NCBI GenBank assembly: GCA_963677895.2
Contig: CAXXGJ010000006.1
Location: forward strand, 224,001 to 288,000
Direction of reading: 5' to 3'
DNA: 64,000 nt
Origin: Treponemataceae bacterium
Lineage (GTDB): Bacteria > Spirochaetota > Spirochaetia > Treponematales > Rectinemataceae
Of this stretch, positions 40,386 through 48,123 are shown piece after piece (position 1 is the first letter of the stretch; the number at the start of each line of letters is the position of its first letter). The notes under the pieces are model-generated. The model made no database searches. It was not told the DNA's origin and saw only the letters and a list, made by a program, of their open reading frames with translations. A program made the translations under genes and the position numbers.

Positions 40386-40898
40386 ATGTGCGACATATCT
40401 AATCCAAAGAACGAAGAAATCTGCATCGAAGCTGGTGCTGATATCAACACCAGAGATTGTGACGGAAGAACCCCTCTCCACTACGCTGCACGCAATCCTT
40501 ACAAAGAGGCGGCGGAGTCCCTTCTCTCAAACGGCGCTGATATAAACGCACGGGATAATATTGGTTGCACTCCGCTCATGATGGCAGCCGCTTTCAATTC
40601 CAACGCTGCGATAGCCGAGCTACTGCTCGAAAAGGGTGCGGATCTCTACGCGCAGGACAATCAGGGATGGAACGCGCTTGACTATGCCAGGCTGCTGAAT
40701 CGTAACCCGCTCATCCAGGACATTCTGATCGGAAGAGGGCTTTCCCATGCATTAAACCAGGAAATCTTCGACGTCTTCCCTGGCACACACTCGATTCCTT
40801 TCGAGCAGCCCTCTGATGCGGATCAAGCCGCACTAGATGCAATGATAGATTCTTTAGCAGAGGAATCCTGGGACTGGGAGGTAGAACAATGCAAATAG
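40386..40898 (+). CDS. Ankyrin repeat protein with acidic tail
   Basis: GRTPLHYAA, GADINARD..GCTPLMMAA, GADLYAQDNQGWNALDYA. Confidence 0.88.
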   Translation: MCDISNPKNEEICIEAGADINTRDCDGRTPLHYAARNPYKEAAESLLSNGADINARDNIGCTPLMMAAAFNSNAAIAELLLEKGADLYAQDNQGWNALDYARLLNRNPLIQDILIGRGLSHALNQEIFDVFPGTHSIPFEQPSDADQAALDAMIDSLAEESWDWEVEQCK

Positions 40899-41647
40899 AC
40901 CTTGGTTCGCCACCTTCCGATGGGAAGTGGCTGGAGGGACTCGCCGTAGAGTCCCTCCTTACGATGGAATTCCCGATACAGGCGATCCTGAAGGATTCTC
41001 TCTACTATCCTGCTTCAGGTTTCGACGGAGATCCTATAAAGCATCTACTCGGTACCTTCCTTTCTTTCATCTATGTCGATTACGCCCGATCGCATGAACT
41101 ACTCATGCTCGAGATCCAAGGGAGGGGGTTCAAAGGGTATCGGATGCTCGGTTGGAGAGCTGTAACGAAGCAAGAGCTCGTCCCACATGGCTGGACTCCT
41201 CGATATCCTACACGGAAGGATGGAGATCCTCGATCTGGATACCGGTGGGCGAAACCGCCTTTCTGTGACTGGTGTGTCTTTGAGCGATTACCGGAGATGC
41301 CCGAAGGGTACGGTCCTTACCGTTTCAGTCTGCTGTTCCTAGGCGGTGATGGCGTCGCCACGTTTCAAGCACTTTACCTGGGGAACCATGCCTTTCCCCG
41401 AGGAGTGGCGATCATCCAGGATGGATATGGCTTCGGGTTCGGTTGGACTCCATTCCGCGACAGGAACCGAATCTTCGCCAGATCCGTGATGGAGAATCCT
41501 TATGGGCAGCCAGAAGTACTCTTGAACGGTGGTTGGGGAAAAATAGGGGGTTATCAAGATCCTATATGGCCTGAATATGCAGAGGAATTGGGTTGCTTCA
41601 AGAAGACTATCGCTGGGTCATTCATAGCCTGGGGACTGTCAATGTAG
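40889..41647 (+). CDS. Hypothetical protein (possible Rossmann/SAM-like N-terminus)
   Basis: 252-aa ORF overlapping the ankyrin stop; SLYYPASGFD..FIYVDY. Confidence 0.6.
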   Translation: MQIDLGSPPSDGKWLEGLAVESLLTMEFPIQAILKDSLYYPASGFDGDPIKHLLGTFLSFIYVDYARSHELLMLEIQGRGFKGYRMLGWRAVTKQELVPHGWTPRYPTRKDGDPRSGYRWAKPPFCDWCVFERLPEMPEGYGPYRFSLLFLGGDGVATFQALYLGNHAFPRGVAIIQDGYGFGFGWTPFRDRNRIFARSVMENPYGQPEVLLNGGWGKIGGYQDPIWPEYAEELGCFKKTIAGSFIAWGLSM

Positions 41648-41903
41648 ACTGGCTATTATGCCTATCGCTATACGAATAAAGATGATTCCTTTTGACCTAT
41701 ATTCACAGGTATTGTAAAATGCTACTCAGATATATAATAGAAGAGTTGCGGTATCGATTAGGGGAGGTACTTGGTCGTTAACACGCAATTTTCTCTGCTA
41801 TGTGGTCTAGGAATGTTAATCTCGTTACTAATATATATTTAATAGTATATATTTATACTGACTTAAAACAAGGATTATTTGATATGGGGTCGAAAAATCT
41901 ATC

Positions 41904-43010
41904 ATGATTGGATATTTTCCAAATTACAGGAACACCAAGAAGAGCAAGTGCAATAATAAAAAAATATACGCAATTGACTTATTCTGTGGTGCAGGAGGAT
42001 TAACCAAAGGTCTTGAAACTGCAGGGATTGATGTTCGGCTAGGTATAGATATTGATCCAGAATGTGAATACCCGTATTCCCGAAACACTTCCTCCAGCTT
42101 TATGAAGGCCTCCATTGATTCAGTTAGTGGCAAAGACCTTATGCAATACTATCGGGGCAATAGCGTTCGTCTTCTCGCAGGCTGTGCACCATGCCAGACT
42201 TTTTCTTCTTATAATAAAAAAGCCGATAAAGAGGACGGACGCTGGTGGCTACTATCAGAGTTTGCTCGTTTGGTTAAAGAAATGGAGCCAGAGATCGTTA
42301 CGATGGAGAATGTTCCTGGTCTTGCTGGGCAGGACGTATTCTCATCCTTTATTGGGGTATTGCGTCGGAATAGATACCATTTTTCCTATTCTATTGTGGA
42401 TTGTGTCCTTTATGGTATTCCCCAGAAGAGAAAACGACTTGTCCTTCTAGCTTCTAAGCTAGGACGTATTTCTTTACTCTCCCCAGAACAAATCAACGCA
42501 CAATCTAAAACCGTCAGGACAGCAATTAGCCATCTCCCTGAACTTGAGGCAGGGCAGGTGGATTTGAATGATCCATTACATCAATGTTCTGTACTTTCTT
42601 CTTTAAACACCAAGAGAATAAAAGCGTCCTTAGCTGGTGGCTCATGGAAAGATTGGAATAAATCATTGATTGCTGACTGCCATCTCAAGGAATCAGGCGA
42701 ATCCTATCCAAGTGTGTATGGTCGAATGGTGTGGGATGAACCTTCGCCTACGATTACCACACAATTTTATGGATTTGGTAATGGTCGTTTTGGGCATCCT
42801 CAACAAAATCGTGCGATATCCCTTAGGGAAGGTGCAATTCTACAGACTTTTCCAGATGACTACGAATTTGTTGCACCAGGAGAGCGTATCAAAAAAACCA
42901 CTATTGGGCGACTTATTGGGAATGCGGTTCCTGTACGTCTCGGTGAGGTAATCGGAGAAACAATACTAAAACATGTAAGATCGCACGATTGCAGTAAGGA
43001 AGAAAAATGA
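41904..43010 (+). CDS. DNA (cytosine-5) methyltransferase
   Basis: DLFCGAGG (I), GCAPCQ (IV), MENV (VI), QKRKR (VIII), IGNAVP (X). Confidence 0.94.
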   Translation: MIGYFPNYRNTKKSKCNNKKIYAIDLFCGAGGLTKGLETAGIDVRLGIDIDPECEYPYSRNTSSSFMKASIDSVSGKDLMQYYRGNSVRLLAGCAPCQTFSSYNKKADKEDGRWWLLSEFARLVKEMEPEIVTMENVPGLAGQDVFSSFIGVLRRNRYHFSYSIVDCVLYGIPQKRKRLVLLASKLGRISLLSPEQINAQSKTVRTAISHLPELEAGQVDLNDPLHQCSVLSSLNTKRIKASLAGGSWKDWNKSLIADCHLKESGESYPSVYGRMVWDEPSPTITTQFYGFGNGRFGHPQQNRAISLREGAILQTFPDDYEFVAPGERIKKTTIGRLIGNAVPVRLGEVIGETILKHVRSHDCSKEEK

Positions 43011-44887
43011 AAGAGTACCTTTTAACAGTTGATGTACGTATTCTTGAACTACTCGGACCCAATCTCTATACGAATATCTACTATGTTTTAGCAGAGTTAA
43101 TCGCAAATGCTTATGACGCAGATGCGAAAAATGTCTACATCATCTCTAATAAAGATGATATCCGCGTCGAAGATGATGGACATGGGATGTCCTATGAAGC
43201 AGGAGATATAAAAAAGTACTTAAATGTTGCAGCTGTTTCGAGATCCACTGAAGATGAATCGTTAACAAAATCAGGTACACGTCGCAAAATGGGACGCAAA
43301 GGAGTAGGCAAACTAGCTGCGCTTTCCGTTTCTGAAAACGTTGATGTCTTAACTATCGCTCAAGGGGAGAAATCCGGATTCGTACTATCCCGCCACCCGG
43401 CGGCTGATAACAAACTAATAGAAATCGAAGACGATAAAATAGTGTTTGAACGAATTGCAGATCATGGCTCTGCAATAATCATGAGAAATCCCCAGTACCG
43501 ACTCCATAAGAGCATGATCAGTATTCAGCGTAATCTTCTCAAGATATTTCCTTTGATCAATTCAGATTTTCGTATACATGTCATTCGTGGTGACGAGAGT
43601 GTGACAATTGACAGTTTCGATCGGAGTATCATGGGTGACTTATGTGCCCTGATAACACTTGGCGAGAAATTTGCTCCGCTATGTGATCTTGTAGATAATA
43701 GTGTACCAAGTAGACGATCTGATTTAGTTGTGGCAAAAGAAAAAATGAATATACCAATTTCCATGAAAGCAAATGATGGTGTGCAGCATGAATACAACCT
43801 TGAAATACTAGGCTGGATCGGTACATACAAATCAACACGTGGACGAAAAGCAGAGATGACAGATTTCCCTGATAACTTTATATCATTATTTGCAAATGAT
43901 AAGCTCGGTGAGTTCAATATCTTGCCCTTTGTTGGTCAAAATAAATTAAACGAAGTCTATGTTGTTGGACAACTACACATTGATCTTTTTGAATTAACGG
44001 AATTGCCAGATATGGCATTGAGCAACCGACAGGGATACAAATCAGATGATCCGCGCTATGTAGCTATGTTGGAGTATGTGAGAAAGGATTTATTAGCCGA
44101 AATTTTACGAAAACGCGAAGTCTTCACGGATCTTGCCAATGCAGAAAGAAAGAAACAAAAAGAAGCGATGCAAAAGAATGATGAAGCCAACCTAAAAGTC
44201 GCTGTAGACACTTTTCGTAAAAATGCCAGCTCAGATGCGGCTAATACATTGGCGGGACTTGATTTGAAAGTCTCTCGTGAAGCGATTGAGTCGGTTATCT
44301 CAAAATCCATTAATGCTCATAGCCCAGACCTTGGTCTGAAGGTTAAGGTTGATTCTCAGAAAAAAAAGATCCTCATTAGCCAAACAAGTGCTGATAAGGC
44401 TCTTGCAGACATCATTTACCAGATGTTGGTATTTAATAACGTTCTGTCCGATGACATTTTATATACAAACTGTGATGACGAGGTTTGTAGGGTACCTGAA
44501 AATCGAGCCGTTTACGAATATCTCCGCGAATTTTTTGTAGAAAGTTATTCGGCTAAAAAGATCTATGTGCTTTTTGTAACAAGCCAAAACACGAAGGTCT
44601 CATGGGGGGCAATCACAGAGGTTGGAGCAGCTTGGATCACGAAAATTGATCATAAGATTTTTAACGTACCCCCCTTTCGTCCAGAGCATCCTCTAGATGT
44701 TGAAATGCAATGGCAAAACACATATCGTACTGAACCAACGAAAGGAGATCTCTGGATGACCAGGCTAAACGCAGACATTTTTTGCCAAAAATTAGAATCA
44801 GTCTGTGATGCACTGGTTTACAAGAAAAAAACACGTGTTCAAAACATGGATTATTTGGGCACACTTGTTTCTATAAGAAGTACATGA
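43007..44887 (+). CDS. MORC/GHKL-type ATPase fused to a C-terminal TIR-like domain
   Basis: ELIANAYDA, EDDGHGM, MGRKGVGK GHKL motifs; coiled coil; ILISQTSADK...VLFVTSQN..SWGAITEVGAAW TIR pattern; ATGA overlap with the MTase. Confidence 0.8.
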   Translation: MKEYLLTVDVRILELLGPNLYTNIYYVLAELIANAYDADAKNVYIISNKDDIRVEDDGHGMSYEAGDIKKYLNVAAVSRSTEDESLTKSGTRRKMGRKGVGKLAALSVSENVDVLTIAQGEKSGFVLSRHPAADNKLIEIEDDKIVFERIADHGSAIIMRNPQYRLHKSMISIQRNLLKIFPLINSDFRIHVIRGDESVTIDSFDRSIMGDLCALITLGEKFAPLCDLVDNSVPSRRSDLVVAKEKMNIPISMKANDGVQHEYNLEILGWIGTYKSTRGRKAEMTDFPDNFISLFANDKLGEFNILPFVGQNKLNEVYVVGQLHIDLFELTELPDMALSNRQGYKSDDPRYVAMLEYVRKDLLAEILRKREVFTDLANAERKKQKEAMQKNDEANLKVAVDTFRKNASSDAANTLAGLDLKVSREAIESVISKSINAHSPDLGLKVKVDSQKKKILISQTSADKALADIIYQMLVFNNVLSDDILYTNCDDEVCRVPENRAVYEYLREFFVESYSAKKIYVLFVTSQNTKVSWGAITEVGAAWITKIDHKIFNVPPFRPEHPLDVEMQWQNTYRTEPTKGDLWMTRLNADIFCQKLESVCDALVYKKKTRVQNMDYLGTLVSIRST

Positions 44888-44939
44888 AAAGGGGTCAATT
44901 TTTTTGTGTAGTATGTTTGAGGAGGGAGAACGAGATTTT

Positions 44940-44962
44940 AATTATGAGATGGAATTGTGAGA
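44940..44962 (+). repeat. Putative integrase arm-type site pair (right arm)
   Basis: AATTATGAGA-TGG-AATTGTGAGA; matches 13748-13770. Confidence 0.75.
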
Positions 44963-45013
44963 TAAATCGTAACTAATCCTTACAATAGGCAACCATGCCA
45001 TACAACTAATTCG

Positions 45014-45042
45014 TTGACACTTATTAAAATACGCCAGATAAT
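45014..45042 (+). promoter_or_regulatory. Outward-facing sigma70 promoter at the island right end
   Basis: TTGACA-17 bp-GATAAT, 38 bp before attR. Confidence 0.7.
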
Positions 45043-45079
45043 GTCCAAGCGTTACAACGCATGGATAAGGATTTTTCGT

Positions 45080-45122
45080 ACTCATAATCCGTTGGTCCCT
45101 GGTTCAAGTCCAGGTGGGCCCA
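45080..45122 (+). repeat. attR core (43-bp duplicate of tRNA 3' half)
   Basis: Exact match to 13637-13679. Confidence 0.95.
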
Positions 45123-45181
45123 AATTTAGTTAGTCATTCTGAAAAATTCCTCAGTAAACACTCTATACGTACAGCGCGTGT

Positions 45182-46372
45182 CTACTTCATTAAGCGAGAT
45201 TCCGGACGCGCCGGCGAGATATCCCTTCCAAAAATTGCGAACAGCACGGTACCCAGGGCGCCACAGGCCGCGGCGGCAACGAAATTGGCGGCGGGAGCGA
45301 TATTCCACAGCCAAGCGCTCGATAGCGCCGCGATCGACACGATGATATCCCTGATCAGGTAGTAGGCTCCAAAAGTCCTGGCCTTCGCGTCCTCCGGCGC
45401 CAGGTCCATAATGAGGGCTTTGCGTGTCGGTTCCCCGAATTCCTTGAGTCCCCTGATGATGAAGGCCGCGACAAATGTCGCGAAAGAATGCGAGAAAAAC
45501 AGGACGAGGGGAAAAAGGGTGAAGAACACGAAAGTCATCAGCACGAAGGGCTTTTTCCCGTACCGATCCGCCATCCACGCGACGGGGATGTAGACGAGCA
45601 TCGCGGTGACCATCTCGATCGTCGTGAGAATCCCGAACTGCAGAGGCGTGAGGTGGTTGTTTTCCACGGCCCAGATGACGACGAAGGCGTAGGGGATCTG
45701 TTCGGCGAAGCGGATGAGGATGTCGCTCGCCAGGAGGCTCTTGAGCGCCGGGCTGAAGAGGTCGCGAAAGTTTTTGCTGTTCTTTTCGCCGGATTTTTGT
45801 TCGCCACGGTCTTCGGCCATGAATCGATGCAGCAGCGCCAGCGCGACGAGGCCCATGAGAAATGCCGCGCCGAATGCCACCCTGACGCCCTGGATGCGGC
45901 CGTATGCTCCGATGAGAATGCCGCCAACGATGGGGCCGAGGGCCATCGGAATGCGGCGTACGAAGGAGTGGAGCGATACGCCGAAGCTTCGCCGCTCCTT
46001 GGGTACGGTTTTGGAAACGAGGCTCATGATCGCCGGAAGCGAGATGGCCGTCCATGAGATGAAAAAGACCGACCCGACGAGCACCATCTGCCAGGCGGGA
46101 AAGAGGATCACCAGGAGGTAGCCGAAGAGGGCGACGATGGTGAAAAGCTCGAGGGACCGTTTATGGCCGATGCGGTCAGCGAGCCAACCACCCGGAAAGG
46201 AGTAGAGGGCCGAGAGCAGGTTGTCCATCGAGTTGAGGAATCCGACCGACCAGGTGCTGCCGCCGAGCGCCAGCAAATACAGGGGAAGAAAGCGTTCCGC
46301 CATTTTCTCGCCCATGCCGACGAAGATGACGAGAAGCAGCATCGTGGTCATGCTCGCGTTTTTCGAGAGCAT
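45182..46372 (-). CDS. MFS transporter
   Basis: 12 hydrophobic segments, GGWLADRIGHK and ADRYGKK motif A; start uncertain (46372 or 46456). Confidence 0.88.
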   Translation of the reverse strand: MLSKNASMTTMLLLVIFVGMGEKMAERFLPLYLLALGGSTWSVGFLNSMDNLLSALYSFPGGWLADRIGHKRSLELFTIVALFGYLLVILFPAWQMVLVGSVFFISWTAISLPAIMSLVSKTVPKERRSFGVSLHSFVRRIPMALGPIVGGILIGAYGRIQGVRVAFGAAFLMGLVALALLHRFMAEDRGEQKSGEKNSKNFRDLFSPALKSLLASDILIRFAEQIPYAFVVIWAVENNHLTPLQFGILTTIEMVTAMLVYIPVAWMADRYGKKPFVLMTFVFFTLFPLVLFFSHSFATFVAAFIIRGLKEFGEPTRKALIMDLAPEDAKARTFGAYYLIRDIIVSIAALSSAWLWNIAPAANFVAAAACGALGTVLFAIFGRDISPARPESRLMK

Positions 46373-46425
46373 TCGCTTGAAATCGGATTTGCGTCGCACG
46401 TGTATCTCCGTATTCGTTTTCGGTT

Positions 46426-46860
46426 CTATCTGCGTTTCGCGGTTTCGAGCCTGCACCAGGCGTAGAGCGAATCATATACCTCAAACTGATGCTCGAGGTT
46501 TTCCGAATCGTTGGGGAAGCGCAGCGAATAGCCCGTGGCGATAGCCTCGAGTCCCGCCGCGACGGGGTGATCGGCAAGCCTGTCCGTGTCCGCGCAGCCG
46601 ACGATTTCGGCCAAGAGGAGGAGGGCGGGGTCTTTGAGGCCATAGGTCTTTATGATGGTCTGGAAGGAGCAATTCCCGTCATGGTGCCCGAGCGCGACTC
46701 CGGGCGCGTCGAAGGGTATCGCGGCGGTTTCTTTTACAGTCTTCTCGATCTGGCTGGCGGGAACGAAGAGGAATTCTGCATCGCTGTCTATGAACCTTGA
46801 AATGAGCCAAGGACAGGCGATCCTGTCGACGTGTACGTGCGAACGCGTAAGCCATTTCAT
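46426..46860 (-). CDS. Chromate-resistance ChrB C-terminal domain protein
   Basis: MKWLTR..HVDRIACPWLI.RFID..AEF, PFD, CSF..I..YGL.DPAL, YDSLYAW. Confidence 0.85.
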   Translation of the reverse strand: MKWLTRSHVHVDRIACPWLISRFIDSDAEFLFVPASQIEKTVKETAAIPFDAPGVALGHHDGNCSFQTIIKTYGLKDPALLLLAEIVGCADTDRLADHPVAAGLEAIATGYSLRFPNDSENLEHQFEVYDSLYAWCRLETAKRR

Positions 46861-46949
46861 ACTTTGCCTCCAACACCTCTAGCATTATGCAGTATTACCT
46901 AGAAAAACAATGACCGATATGTGTGATATTTAGAAGACAGATGATTACA

Positions 46950-46992
46950 GACTGATAATCCGTTGGTCCTGGATCAAGTCCAACTGGGGCGA
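46950..46992 (+). repeat. Decayed third copy of the tRNA 3' half (relic attR)
   Basis: GACTGATAATCCGTTGGTCC-TGGATCAAGTCCAACTGGGGCGA, 37/44 aligned positions identical to 13636-13679. Confidence 0.85.
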
Positions 46993-47113
46993 CCTTTACG
47001 ATTGAATTATTCCCAGAGCTTGGCCTTCTATGCATTTTTTCGCATATTAGTGAGTAGCCTCGCTATGAGGCAGCTCACTAAAGGAATTGCCTTGAATGAA
47101 GGAGTATCCAATC

Positions 47114-48035
47114 ATGACAAATCTGAAAAACATAGAGCCGACTCCGCTGGTGATAGTGGCTTTTACTTGACCCTGTGTGTACATGGTGCTGGGGCAGCGA
47201 ACCCGTGCTTCGCAAGCTCGAAAGCTGGTATGGGCCCCACCTGAGGATCGACTATGTCATGGGAGGGCTTGTCAAAGACATACGAGATTTCCGTGACGGC
47301 CGCAATGGCATTGGCGGCGATCCCGAGGAATCCAACGCCCAGATCGCCCGTCACTACATTGAAGCTTCGGAACGCCATGGCATGCCGGTCGAGGTAGAGA
47401 ACTTCCGCCTTTTTTCGGAAGGTTCTTACTCCACCTATCCCCAGAACATCGCCTATAAGGCGGCGCAAATAAGCAATCCGGAGTTGGCTGCACGATATCT
47501 CCGGAAAATGCGGGAAGCTAACGCCACCGAAGGCAGGGAGACGGGCTTACGGGAGGTTCTCGTCGAGCTGGCCAGCGATGTTGGGCTCGACCTCGAAGGT
47601 TTTCTGAAAGCCTTGGAAGATGGAAGCGCGGAGAAGGCTTTCCGAGAAGATCTGGCGATCACCGCCCGATACGGGGTCAGGGGTTTCCCAACCTTTCTCT
47701 TGAGATTTTAGGGCAAGGAAGCCCTCATTCGTGGCTACCAGAGCTTTGCTTCGATCCGCGCCGTGATCGCATCGTTAAGCAAGGGGGCCCTGGTCGATCG
47801 GGCTCCGGAAAAAACCAGCAAGGCAATAATGGACTATTTAAATCGTTACGGGCGTGCCGCTATCGTGGAGCTTGCGACGAATTTCGAGTTCTCGGGGGAG
47901 GATTTGGAGGCGCTGCTCAAGGAACTGGAGGATTCTGGCCAGATCCTGAGGGTGCCCGTGGGCAAGGGATATTTTATCGAAGCATTCGCAGCAAGCAGGA
48001 GCTGCGATCCTGTTACGGGTATCTGCAGGGTATAG
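47114..48035 (+). pseudogene. DsbA/FrnE-like thioredoxin-fold protein, disrupted by a +1 frameshift (about 47168) and an in-frame TAG (47709-47711)
   Basis: Removing one T restores VAFTDPVCTWCWGSEP; frame continues past TAG (GVRGFPTFLLRF*GKEALIRGY) to SCDPVTGIC. Confidence 0.8.
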
Positions 48036-48123
48036 TTTAAAACCCGCATAGCTGTGGAGTTCAAGGGCGGCCTGAGTGTAGCCGCCCTTGCCAAGACATC
48101 AATGAAATCGTCGGCAACTGGTT

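Larger units (their letters stand above)
13680..45122. mobile_element. tRNA-integrated genomic island / integrative element carrying a defence arsenal (about 31.4 kb)
   Basis: 43-bp direct repeat boundaries, integrase adjacent to the tRNA, abrupt drop in GC and change of codon style at both ends. Confidence 0.95.

Noticed and set aside
14133..40963. TCCTTACG explained as a shared peptide motif or simply as the type III recognition site
   Set aside because: It occurs in three codon phases and in non-coding DNA. Type III sites are typically 5-6 bp and selection gives avoidance or polarity rather than strong enrichment; not fully excluded without a methylome
13680..45122. Prophage or self-transmissible ICE
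   Set aside because: No recognisable terminase, capsid, tail, lysis, VirB4 or coupling-protein genes
45080..45122. Second functional tRNA gene
   Set aside because: Only the 3' 43 nt are present; acceptor 5' strand and D arm are missing
47168..47711. Selenocysteine (TGA 47168) or pyrrolysine (TAG 47709) recoding of the DsbA-like gene
   Set aside because: Reading through the TGA stays in the wrong frame; only a frameshift restores the CxxC motif, and two independent lesions favour pseudogene or error
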